DNA of 32,112 bases from Nemertoderma westbladi (taxonomy: Eukaryota > Animalia > Xenacoelomorpha). The notes under the pieces are model-generated. The model made no database searches. It saw only the letters and a list, made by a program, of their open reading frames with translations, and had not been told where the DNA came from. Location: contig JAUCBJ010003285.1 in the NCBI GenBank assembly GCA_032718475.1, positions 1 through 32,112 of the forward strand, read 5' to 3'. The position numbers and the translations under genes are program-made. This document shows, piece by piece, positions 1 to 12,200 of the stretch (within the stretch, counting starts at the first letter, position 1; each line of letters starts with the position of its first letter).

Positions 1-485
1 GCGTATGAGCGAGTCTGTTAAAGAAGCAATTCCTAAAGAATGCGCCATATATGTGAATTATAATTAAGCCATATCGTTGTGAGTAGTTTAAGTCATAACT
101 CTGTTTATATAGATAAAGCGCCACGTCCTAAAGGAACTGTTAATATTCCCGAAGGTGAATAATATTGTCAGAGATTATATAATACTGTCAGTCGAATAAT
201 ACATTAAGCTTACATAGCAATAAAATTAAACCGTCGAACCCAATCTCCCGGGAATATCCAGCGGGTGAATGGTCGCGCACGGATTGGTTTCGACTAGTGT
301 AGTGAATCAAATACTTGTCATAAGCTAAAAAGCGATTTAATATCTAGAAGACATCTTAATTTGGCGGGTTAAACTGCCAAAGGTCTGAAAGCGCGAACAG
401 GTACTTATTATGAAATGGAAAAGCGTAAGTTACGTCTGGATGTTTTACGCGCCGACTTTTTCGACGGTGCAATTTGGAACCTGTA

Positions 486-1270
486 GGTTATTTAGATAGG
501 ATTAGGATATTAAAACTACAACCTCTCGAAGTGCGTCGTGTTATTTTTGACTTAAAAATGGCACATTCTATAGTTTACAGTAATATCGACTTAAATTTGA
601 ACGATTTCTTCACTATTGCGCCGAGAGATGGACTTAGAGGTCACGAGCTTAAACTCTACCATAAACAGTCGAGGCTTCTAATGTGCAAGAATAATTTTGC
701 CCACCGAGTAGTTCCAATTTGGAACTGGCTCCCATCGGAAACTGTCAATACTGAAAGTAAATTTTTATTTTTCCAAAAAGCTTAAAGACCTTGACCTGCT
801 ATCTTTTTGTAAATTTAATAGAAATTTGTAAACATGCGCATATTTTTATATTTTTTTTTTTGATTATTTTTGTGAATCATAACAATCAATTTTTATTGTG
901 AATATTTTATTGCACATAGCCTACTGTTTACTGTACCCTTGTATTTATTTTATATTTTCAGCACTGCTTCTGTCTATTCTACTGCACCGTTTTATGCTTT
1001 TTATTTTGAATGTAAATATGATATCTTTATTCACTGCACCAAATTTTTTTATTTTTATCAATTTTCAGAAATTCGTAGACTATGACATTGTTGCGTTAAT
1101 TTTAATTTTATTTTGTAGAATATATTTCTGTATTTTTGTGTAATTTTAGAGCCTGCTCGGGCAACCATAAGTGTTTAATTTTTAATAACCTGGTTGTTTT
1201 CTCTCCTCATGTACTTTTAATTTAAGTTTTATAAATACATAGAGTGATAATAATAAATAAAAAATAATAA
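486..1270 (+). mobile_element. 5'-truncated CR1-clade LINE (ORF2 C-terminus, 3' UTR and TAA-type tail)
   Basis: The peptide YLDRIRILKLQPLEVRR...DL...RGHELKL...FAHRVVPIWNWLP matches the CR1/L2-group post-RT C-terminal pattern. There is a frameshift near 775, an AT-rich UTR, a (TAA)-rich tail at 1247-1270 and a candidate TSD TGTA at 482-485 and 1271-1274. Confidence 0.8.
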
Positions 1271-2149
1271 TGTACCAGTGGTGAAAGATATCATCGTACC
1301 TCAATTCAATAACGAAATAGAAGATTTAGAACTTGATATTGATCGTGGATATTGTTTATAAATGTTTATTCTATAAGCGATTTCTTAGTGGAAAAACGTG
1401 AACAATATAGCGCGGAAGATCAGCTCAAGGCGAAGCATATGGAAATGGATGAGAAAGAAGAAGCCACTTTTGCTCAACCAGAAGCTGAAGTGATCATGAC
1501 CGACTTATTCTCTAAAATTATAACTCATCCTTCCATGATTCCTCATTTCGGAGATAAACTCTTCGTTACAGTTCAGCCTCAACCAGTTTGAACGTGACCT
1601 TGAGTGACCTGTGACTTGCATTGACCCATGTTGTAATGAGCTCATCGTGGACGTACCGATGCTCCAACGACCACCTATCGAACCTGCTCGAGTGGATGAC
1701 GAGTTGGTGGAACCACCCGATAACCGTGCCGATTTGGTGAGCGGGATGGTAAGATATAAGTTAATCTTAAAATTCGTCCCTTGTAAGTCTCATTTTACCG
1801 AATCAAAGATCATCCCTATTAATCCATATTTAGTTAGTAAGACATTGTGACTGTACAGCTATCGGAAGTTAATGCAAAATTGAATTACCCGTCAAGTTTA
1901 CGGAATGTTTACGTGACTTTAACAGGGTTGGTAAGCGTTAAATTGTTCGCCCAGCAACAATACAACAAGGGTTGACAATAATGTCCTGAATCGAGTGGCG
2001 GTGAGTGTTAAACATTCCGCGTTATTAGCGCGGGAAGGATATTCAAAAATCGGCCACCATTGGCTGTTTAATAGTTGACGTCACTGTATTAACAAGCCAT
2101 GCTACTGATAAAGACTATCGATGCATTCAAATAAATGCGCATTTCTCGA

Positions 2150-2332
2150 ATATATGTGGCGTGTCACCTAGAAAAGGGGTTAACTTGTCATAATCACATT
2201 TCGAGAAAAACCCAGTTAAAGATTTAGGTTGGAAAGGTTAATAAATTATCTATTAACTTTTATGAATAACTCAAAATCGACGAGATGACCCAGTTTAACC
2301 CCTTTCCTAGGTGACACGTCAGCCACATATAT
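2150..2332. mobile_element. Small MITE (~183 bp), superfamily unassigned
   Basis: Imperfect ~35-bp terminal inverted repeats: ATATATGTGGCGTGTCACCTAGAAAAGGGGTTAA and TTAACCCCTTTCCTAGGTGACACGTCAGCCACATATAT. Confidence 0.7.
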
Positions 2333-3169
2333 CAACCATGTCAGACGTGTGGGGTGAGCCACAACTGCGAGCCATTAGCGAACGGTTATAATTATATTAG
2401 GGCTGTTTTACAAACATCGGTGTGAGTGCCAATTGATGTGTGCCGGAAACCAATAACAATCTTCGCTAATGATGGCTTACTATGCATTGGAAATGTTGTA
2501 CTAAACGTTGGCTATGAAATGAGTAGGTCTGAGTGAGTAGTCTTCAAAAATACTGGTTTTATTTTTGATTTTTAAACAGTCAGTCAATCAAGTAAAATTC
2601 GCTGCAAATAAACTCTTAGTAATAAATAACACTGATAGGAAACTCGAATTTACATGAATTAATGCAGATCTGAATTCATCGAAAATCATTTTCAATGCGA
2701 ATAAATGGTGCAAATTGCACCAATTGAAGGTTTGAAAAATTAATAAAATTTAAAATAATTAATATTAAGGGAAAGGAACAGATTACAGTGGTTGTCTTTT
2801 CTCATCAAAACAGTAAACTAAACTATATTTCACTTGCGGTCAATTAGCGCCACTGTGTATGTAATTCCAGATAGAGATTGGTTCTTGTACGTAGTACATA
2901 CTGTAAGACTTCACTTATTTTTATATTATTAACAATATTATGCACCTATAGCCGCAATTATTGTAACAACTTTTAACATCTATTTTAATATTTTATCTGA
3001 ATTAACTCAAATATTATTATTAGTTAAACCAGTTTTATTTATTAATTTGTAGCGCAAGCACCGCAGCAGGGGGCATAAGGTTTTTGTTCTGTGAGTGTAT
3101 AATGAAACAGCACGGAAAATTAATTTATAATGTCGGAAATTTCAACCTCCTCTATAAATTTATATTATA

Positions 3170-3444
3170 AAAGTAAAGTAAAGTAAATTTTCTTCGGCCG
3201 CTAGGCCAGGGATTACGCACAAAGTCTGACGACTTATTTCCAGTGCGGTCCCCCCAGAACTTTACTCCCCAGAGGAAACTCCAGTACTCATTTATCTACC
3301 ACTTAAGGATGAAAGTCAGAGATGAGCCCTGGCTGGTCCCTTTAGAGCATTTGTGCCGAAACGAAAACTGCCCTGGCCCATGTCAGGATCGAACCCACGA
3401 CCTAAGGGAGATGTGAATTCAATGCAACCACTACACCAAGGTGG
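3170..3444 (-). mobile_element. tRNA-derived SINE with a Deu/Nin-like central domain and (TTTAC)n tail
   Basis: On the minus strand: A box TGGTGTAGTGG, B box GGTTCGATCC, core CTTTCATCCTTAAGTGGTAGATAAATGAGTAC resembling the Deu/Nin domain, and tail TTTACTTTACTTTAC. Confidence 0.75.
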
Positions 3445-4112
3445 AAAATTTTTAAAATGTAGAAAAATTTCAAAAAGAACATTTTTGAACAAAATTAGTG
3501 AGTGTAGTTAACTTATTGAATAAACAATAATATTGGGAAATATGAAATCACTGGGATTGCCAGAAGAATGATTGGTTACAAACTCTATGTATAGTATACT
3601 ACGTAACGACAGTTCCCATGGTTACAAACTGTGAGTAAAGGGTGCATAAAGTTTGTCCTGATTTTTGCCCCCACTCCCCCCTCTGATTAGTAAATTTGTA
3701 ATCCCCCACCCCCCAGACAACATTTTTTTTATGTCAATAATACACAATGTTTGTTATGCCAAAATACAATAAAACCAATCACTCCATTATCTACATTTTC
3801 CCACGGGCAAGTCAAGTTTTCTTATTCTATATTAATAACAGGTATTACGTGTTGGAGTCAATGGCTCCTATGTCCTACTCAATTTATCGATTATACTCAA
3901 TGTTATTGAGTTTATTGTTTTCCTTAAAGTTACCCACTCTTCTACACATGTGTGAAAGTCAAAGCCAAGTTAACATTAAAGCATAGAACATCGCCGTGAC
4001 CGTCACAAAAGTCGACACCCCCTGTCAACCAACGCTCTAACATTTCCTTTAACATTCACTTTATACCACTCGATTTACTTTACCTCACTCGCTTTACCCG
4101 CCTTTAATCGAT

Positions 4113-4160
4113 TTCTCTCTCTCTCTCCCTCTCTCTCTCTCACTCTCTCTCTCTCACTCT
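4113..4160. repeat. (CT)n microsatellite, interrupted
   Basis: Read directly; it abuts the 68-bp array. Confidence 0.9.
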
Positions 4161-4165
4161 GTGTT

Positions 4166-5735
4166 AATTACTTCACTTTCTTACTAACTCAGATCGCGAG
4201 TTGTTAGTGCTAGTACTTGACCTCACCCTCTCAATTACTTTCACTTTCTTACTAACTCCACACGTGAGTTGATTGTGGTAGTACTTGACCTCACCCTCTC
4301 AATTACTTTCACTTTCTTACTAACTCCACACGTGAGTTGATTGTGGTAGTACTTGACCTCACCCTCTCAATTACTTTCACTTTCTTACTAACTCCACACG
4401 TGAGTTGATTGTGGTAGTACTTGACCTCACCCTCTCAATTACTTTCACTTTCTTACTAACTCCACACGTGAGTTGATTGTGGTAGTACTTGACCTCACCC
4501 TCTCAATTACTTTCACTTTCTTACTAACTCCACACGTGAGTTGATTGTGGTAGTACTTGACCTCACCCTCTCAATTACTTTCACTTTCTTACTAACTCCA
4601 CACGTGAGTTGATTGTGGTAGTACTTGACCTCACCCTCTCAATTACTTTCACTTTCTTACTAACTCCACACGTGAGTTGATTGTGGTAGTACTTGACCTC
4701 ACCCTCTCAATTACTTTCACTTTCTTACTAACTCCACACGTGAGTTGATTGTGCTAGTACTTGACCTCACCCTCTCAATTACTTTCACTTTCTTACTAAC
4801 TCCACACGTGAGTTGATTGTGGTAGTACTTGACCTCACCCTCTCAATTACTTTCACTTTCTTACTAACTCCACACGTGAGTTGATTGTGGTAGTACTTGA
4901 CCTCACCCTATCAATTACTTTCACTTTCTTACTAACTCCACACGTGAGTTGATTGTGGTAGTACTTGACCTCACCCTCTCAATTACTTTCACTTTCTTAC
5001 TAACTCCACACGTGAGTTGATTGTGGTAGTACTTGACCTCACCCTCTCAATTACTTTCACTTTCTTACTAACTCCACACGTGAGTTGATTGTGGTAGTAC
5101 TTGACCTCACCCTCTCAATTACTTTCACTTTCTTACTAACTCCACACGTGAGTTGATTGTGGTAGTACTTGACCTCACCCTCTCAATTACTTTCACTTTC
5201 TTACTAACTCCACACGTGAGTTGATTGTGGTAGTACTTGACCTCACCCTCTCAATTACTTTCACTTTCTTACTAACTCCACACGTGAGTTGATTGTGGTA
5301 GTACTTGACCTCACCCTCTCAATTACTTTCACTTTCTTACTAACTCCACACGTGAGTTGATTGTGGTAGTACTTGACCTCACCCTCTCAATTACTTTCAC
5401 TTTCTTACTAACTCCACACGTGAGTTGATTGTGGTAGTACTTGACCTCACCCTCTCAATTACTTTCACTTTCTTACTAACTCCACACGTGAGTTGATTAG
5501 TGCTAGTACTTGACCTCACCCTCTCAATTACTTTCACTTTCTTACTAACTCCACACGTGAGTTGATTGTGGTAGTACTTGACCTCACCCTCTCAATTACT
5601 TTCACTTTCTTACGAACTCCACACGTGAGTTGATTGTGGTAGTACTTGACCTCACCCTCTCAATTACTTTCACTTTCTTACTAACTCCACCCACACGTGA
5701 GTTGATTGTGCTAGTACTTGACGCCCTGCCCTCTC
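4166..5735. repeat. 68-bp tandem repeat, ~23 copies
   Basis: Unit AATTACTTTCACTTTCTTACTAACTCCACACGTGAGTTGATTGTGGTAGTACTTGACCTCACCCTCTC, period 68 (e.g. 4641 to 4709). Internal copies are near identical; the first and last are diverged. Confidence 0.97.
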
Positions 5736-6015
5736 TTATTTTCGCCTCGGTTATGTATTTATCGTTTTGTCCCAAAATTGTAATACTCACTTCGTCTCCG
5801 AATTATGTCATTGTTGTCACCGGTATTTTAATCAAAAGGTACGCATGTTTGCATATTTGTTCACACACATATCGAAAAACTAGACTTTCATTTCCGTAGA
5901 TTGACCAGTCTATCTGTAGCAGAAACTAACAAAATTCCTTGACTTGGTGCGGCACCCTCAATACAATCTGACCATTTAAATTATCAAAATACGTACTGTA
6001 CTACACACCCATCCA

Positions 6016-6953
6016 TCTTACTAACATAATCATTCGTACAGTACGTGGACTCGGGTTACAGCGGGATTCCACATTTCATTCATATAATAAACCCCCCAAG
6101 TCTTGTCTTACTAACATGATCATTTTGTACAGTACGTGGACTCGGGTTGCAGCGAGATTCCACTTATCATTCACTTAGGGGTCATCCATAAAAGACGTCC
6201 GAGAAAATCCCGAATTTTTGGACCCCCCCCCTCCCCCCTGTCCGCGAATGTCCGGTTTTTGACCCAACCCCCCCCCCCCCCCCCCCCCCCCCCCCTATTC
6301 GGACGTCCGAATTTTAGAAAATAAAACAGAAAACAAATACACGAATTATTGCTGTACATTGTACAAATAGGGGGGCGACTACTAATATTAACAGTACTAA
6401 TATATATATAGAAAACTATATACTAGCAACCTTCGCTTCATCATCACCTACTTTGTCCCGGCCACACTCTGCCTCAACGATGACCTGGCGACACGCTGCC
6501 TCAACGATGACCTGGCCACACTCTGCCTCAAATATGTCGGTCCCGATCACATCTTTGTCCTCAAATCCTAGAAAAGGACCCACAGTCTTCTTTTCCTGAG
6601 GATGTACCGCCGTTTGTGACACCTAGCCAAACGTTTACTTTAAATATGCGGGGCCTAGGTGCCCATCCCAAAGTTAAGTTTAGACTACATTTGGCCATAT
6701 GGGCTGCAAAGTTGACAATAAGAAATTTAAAAACAGACGTCCGAATTTTGCTACACCCCCCCCCCCCCCCCCCCCCCCCCTGTCCGTAAATGTCCGGATT
6801 TGGCCGACCCCCCTCCCCCCCCCTCTAGCTCGGACGTCTTTTATGGATGACCCCTTAACAAGCCCCCCCTCAGTCCCACTAACATTATCAAGTACTGTAA
6901 GTGGCCCCAGGTTAAAGCGGGCTGCCACATGTTCACTCATATAACCACCCCCC
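6016..6953. repeat. Three diverged ~90-bp tandem units, split by the MITE at 6178-6854
   Basis: CTTACTAACAT...GTACAGTACGTGGACTCGGGTT.CAGCG.GATTCCAC occurs at ~6017 and ~6107; a more diverged third copy lies at ~6878-6945. Confidence 0.65.
6178..6854. mobile_element. Non-autonomous PIF/Harbinger-type (Tourist-like) MITE, 677 bp
   Basis: Perfect 26-bp TIRs GGGGTCATCCATAAAAGACGTCCGAG / CTCGGACGTCTTTTATGGATGACCCC, TTA target duplication at 6175-6177 and 6855-6857, and subterminal poly-C tracts. Confidence 0.88.
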
Positions 6954-7589
6954 TCTCGATATATACTGACATTATATTATATAATTAATAATAATAACCC
7001 TTCACAACGCCCATCAACCTCAAACAGAATTATTGAATCTCTGCACATTCATTGGTCGAATCTACTAATTTGTTAGCCCTAATATGTTAGCACCGTCATG
7101 TGTTACATCAATGCAAACCTCATGTTTTAGGCCTGACCCCCTCCATTCAGCATCTTGACCTCCTGTTATCACCTCGCGATGTAATAATTTACCATTATAT
7201 ACTTCATTCTGAGCAATTTCGTCAGTCTACCTATTTTCTCCACCGGTTGTCACAGATTGTTTTTTACCGCTCGCTCGCTCGCTCGCTCCCCGTCCGCTCG
7301 CTTGCTCGCCTTTTCATTCGTCCCATTTCATTTACTTTGATAACACTTTATTTCTGCTGATATTTGTAACCACATATACTCGAAGTAAATGTTTCATTCA
7401 TTTCCACTCCCCTTATTTTATCATTATTTTTACTACGTTATCGAAATATATTATGTTATTTATTAGTGCTTTTATTGTCCACATTTCATTATCATAACTG
7501 CCCGTTATTTGTAAATACAAAACGATTGAATGCGAGCGCGTTAATAAAGAAACTCAATTTTGCAACCGAAACCTCCCTTGAGTGTCCCA

Positions 7590-7700
7590 ATGATAGACAC
7601 CCCCTCCCCGACACCCCCTCCCCCCTCTGACAAAATATCCGCAAGCTCGACCCCCCCCCCCCCCCTCCCCCAACGCATGACATATGTTATAAACGCCCCC
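7590..7700. mobile_element. Probable single end of another Harbinger-like MITE
   Basis: C-run-rich block ending TTATAAACGCCCC, with the same layout as the right end of the 6178-6854 element. No partner TIR was found. Confidence 0.4.
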
Positions 7701-8085
7701 GTATAGTATACTAAGTAACGACAGTTGCCATGGTAACAATCTGTAGTAATGACAGTTACAGTTCCAATTCCACAACATACCGGTACTGTAGTACCTGAAT
7801 GCATCAAAACTAACGTCCAGTTAAACCGAAGTAGCACCAAATCATAAAAAAACTAATCTACAATAATTATTGTCATAAAAGAACAAAGACAATATCTCCA
7901 ATAAACCAGAATTAGCCCAGGTGAGTGAAGTTCTTGTGTATGTGAGGTACAAATAATTAGATATAATAAAACCAATGATAAATAAAGGTATCTCGCTATT
8001 AGTGGCGGCCTGTACTTAATTAAAAATTGACTTAATGATGCCGCCATTAAATGGTTACATTGTTTATTACTTCACAGGGGCCCCG

Positions 8086-8302
8086 ATTCGTTTATTGTTT
8101 TGGTTAGATAGACCGCTTCTGTAACCTGGTTTTTAGTGAAAAGCTGGAATTCCTCACATGAGGATAAACTGTAAAGTTTAATTTCTAACGTAATAAAGTA
8201 TGCTATAGTTCACATGGGTCGTTTACATCCATGTGAAGAATTTGTTCACTAAATCAGAAGTTTATACATGAGGGTTGAATCTAACCAAAACAATAAACGA
8301 AT
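8086..8302. mobile_element. Inverted-repeat element or remnant of a dispersed family
   Basis: Perfect 24-bp inverted repeat ATTCGTTTATTGTTTTGGTTAGAT / ATCTAACCAAAACAATAAACGAAT. Related sequence occurs at ~2765-2825 and ~19670-19765. Confidence 0.6.
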
Positions 8303-9204
8303 TAGTATCTGTACAGGTTATAAGATAGAAATAAGCGCTATAAAACACTTAATAAGGAGAATGAAAATTATTCATATAAAATTCCAATAAACTTTCGACC
8401 GAAAAGTGAAAACCTGGTATTTTTAACAATGTGCGTGATTTAACTTACTACAAAGGCGCTAACACTTTGGCTCAGCAGTACGGTAGTTACAATGAATATA
8501 CGACAGACGGCCCCTGATCATGTTCCTCCAGTACTGACCAGTACCGGTATTGTGAAGATGCGGTACCATCAGACTACGAGTACAGGGCCAATAGCCAGTG
8601 GCAGATCCCACTCAGCCAGTACAGTGCGCGTCATTTATTATGGGGCGAGCCACGAAAGTAAGCGAGCTTAGCATACATTACATCATCTATAGACCAGCCA
8701 GCGAGAGGAGCCAGACTAATCACGGCTCTAGCATATACAATTGGAAGAAGAGATACAAAATGATTGGTTTGGCTATTTAATGGAGAATCCTTAGAATTAG
8801 CTAAATAATTTCGTTGAGGCATTAATATTATAAATTAATTTAATGATATTTCAGTATCTTTACTAAATCGGTATAAGGTAAGTTTTAATATTTCTGACAA
8901 ATTGGGTTGCCAAGAATCTCTACATTAAAAACACAAATTCTTTCAATAGCTATCAATCTCAAGTGCTCGTACCGTCTGTGCCTTTGGGATGGGGTGCACA
9001 CTAAAAGGATTCATTTATTTAATGGCGGTTATTTTCTAATTAAATTTCAAATTAAATTTCTAAAATACCGATTTTGTGATATGTAGAATCGCTCATTTTA
9101 AATTTGCGTAAGTCCTGTACATAGGTCATTACTGCAAACAAATTTGTAGCATATAATAAATAAATAAAGCATTGCCTATGCCTGGATACAACTAACAATA
9201 ATGT

Positions 9205-12200
9205 AGCCAATCACTAGCGGTTTCATTAAATCAGATTTAGCCAATCACTAGCGGTTTCATTAAATCAGATTTAGCCAATCACTAGCGGTTTCATTAAATC
9301 AGATTTAGCCAATCACTAGCGGTTTCATTAAATTGGATTTAGCCAATCACTAGCGGTTTCAATAAATCAGATTTAGCCAATCACTAGCGGTTTCAATAAA
9401 TTAGATTTAGCCAATCACTAGCGGTTTCATTAAATTAGATTTAGCCAATCACTAGCGGTGTCATTAAATCAGATTTAGCCAATCACTAGCGGTTTCAATA
9501 AATCAGATTTAGCCAATCACTAGCGGTTTCATTAAATTAGATTTAGCCAATCACTAGCGGTTTCATTAAATCAGATTTAGCCAATCACTAGCGGTTTCAA
9601 TAAATCAGATTTAGCCAATCACTAGCGGTTTCAATAAATCAGATTTAGCCAATCACTAGCGGTTTCAATAAATCAGATTTAGCCAATCACTAGCGGTTTC
9701 AATAAATCAGATTTAGCCAATTACTAGCGGATTCAATAAATCAGATTTAGCCAATCACTAGCGGTTTCAATAAATCAGATTTAGCCAATCACTAGCGGTT
9801 TCAATAAATTGGATTTAGCCAATCACTAGCGGTTTCAATAAATCAGATTTAGCCAATCACTGGCGGTTTCAATAAATTAGATTTAGCCAATCACTAGCGG
9901 TTTCATTAAATTAGATTTAGCCAATCACTAGCGGTGTCATTAAATCAGATTTAGCCAATCACTAGCGGTTTCAATAAATCAGATTTAGCCAATCACTAGC
10001 GGTTTCATTAAATTAGATTTAGCCAATCACTAGCGGTTTCATTAAATCAGATTTAGCCAATCACTAGCGGTTTCAATAAATCAGATTTAGCCAATCACTA
10101 GCGGTTTCAATAAATCAGATTTAGCCAATTACTAGCGGATTCAATAAATCAGATTTAGCCAATCACTAGCGGTTTCATTAAATTGGATTTAGCCAATCAC
10201 TAGCGGTTTCATTAAATCAGATTTAGCCAATCACTAGCGGTTTCAATAAATCAGATTTAGCCAATCACTAGCGGTTTCATTAAATTAGATTTAGCCAATC
10301 ACTAGCGGTTTCATTAAATTAGATTTAGCCAATCACTAGCGGTTTCATTAAATCAGATTTAGCCAATCACTAGCGGTTTCAATAAATCAGATTTAGCCAA
10401 TCACTAGCGGTTTCATTAAATTAGATTTAGCCAATCACTAGCGGTTTCATTAAATCAGATTTAGCCAATCACTAGCGGTTTCAATAAATCAGATTTAGCC
10501 AATCACTAGCGGTTTCATTAAATTAGATTTAGCCAATCACTAGCGGTTTCATTAAATAAGATTTAGCCAATCACTAGCGGTTTCAATAAATCAGATTTAG
10601 CCAATCACTAGCGGTTTCAATAAATCAGATTTAGCCAATCACTAGCGGTTTCATTAAATTAGATTTAGCCAATCACTATAGCGGTTTCATTAAATCAGAT
10701 TTAGCCAATCACTAGCGGTTTCATTAAATCAGATTTAGCCAATCACTAGCGGTTTCATTAAATCAGATTTAGCCAATCACTAGCGGTTTCAATAAATCAT
10801 ATTTAGCCAATCACTAGCGGTTTCATTATATCAGATTTAGCCAATCACTAGCGGTTTCATTAAATTAGATTTATCCAATCACTAGCGGTTTCATTAAATC
10901 AGATTTAGCCAATTACTAGCGGTTTCCATAAATCAGATTTAGCCAATCACTAGCGGTTTCAATAAATTAGATTTAGCCAATCACTAGTGGTTTCAATAAA
11001 TCAGATTTAGCCAATCACTAGCGGTTTCAATAAATCAGATTTAGCCAATCACTAGCGGTTTCAATAAATCAGATTTAGCCAATCACTAGCGGTTTCAAAA
11101 AATCAGATTTAGCCAATCACTAGCGGTTTCAATAAATCAGATTTAGCCAATCACTAGCGGTTTCAATAAATCAGATTTAGCCAATCACTAGCGGTTTCAA
11201 TAAATCAGATTTAGCCAATCACTAGCGGTTTCAATAAATCAGATTTAGCCAATTACTAGCGGTTTCATTAAATCAGATTTAGCCAATCACTAGCGGTTTC
11301 ATTAAATCAGATTTAGCCAATCACTAGCGGTTTCATTAAATTAGATTTAGCCAATCACTAGCGGTTTCATTAAATAAGATTTAGCCAATCACTAGCGGTT
11401 TCAATAAATCAGATTTAGCCAATCACTAGCGGTTTCAATAAATCAGATTTAGCCAATCACTAGCGGTTTCATTAAATTAGATTTAGCCAATCACTATAGC
11501 GGTTTCATTAAATCAGATTTAGCCAATCACTAGCGGTTTCATTAAATCAGATTTAGCCAATCACTAGCGGTTTCATTAAATCAGATTTAGCCAATCACTA
11601 GCGGTTTCAATAAATCAGATTTAGCCAATCACTAGCGGTTTCATTAAATCAGATTTAGCCAATCACTAGCGGTTTCAATAAATCATATTTAGCCAATCAC
11701 TAGCGGTTTCATTATATCAGATTTAGCCAATCACTAGCGGTTTCATTAAATTAGATTTCGCCAATCACTAGCGGTTTCATTAAATCAGATTTAGCCAATT
11801 ACTAGCGGTTTCCATAAATCAGATTTAGCCAATCACTAGCGGTTTCAATAAATTAGATTTAGCCAATCACTAGTGGTTTCAATAAATCAGATTTAGCCAA
11901 TCACTAGCGGTTTCAATAAATCAGATTTAGCCAATCACTAGCGGTTTCAATAAATCAGATTTAGCCAATCACTAGCGGTTTCAATAAATCAGATTTAGCC
12001 AATCACTAGCGGTTTCAATAAATCAGATTTAGCCAATCACTAGCGGTTTCAATAAATCAGATTTAGCCAATCACTAGCGGTTTCAATAAATCAGATTTAG
12101 CCAATCACTAGCGGTTTCAATAAATCAGATTTAGCCAATCACTAGCGGTTTCAATAAATCAGATTTAGCCAATTACTAGCGGTTTCATTAAATCAGATTT

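Noticed and set aside
898-1143. Hydrophobic 81-aa ORF
   Set aside because: It lies in the T-rich 3' UTR of the CR1 element.
5602-5899. ORFs at the end of the 68-bp array
   Set aside because: They arise from mutated repeat units.
6136-7840. Poly-Pro and poly-Gly ORFs resembling formin or glycine-rich proteins
   Set aside because: They are translations of poly-C/G tracts in MITE ends.
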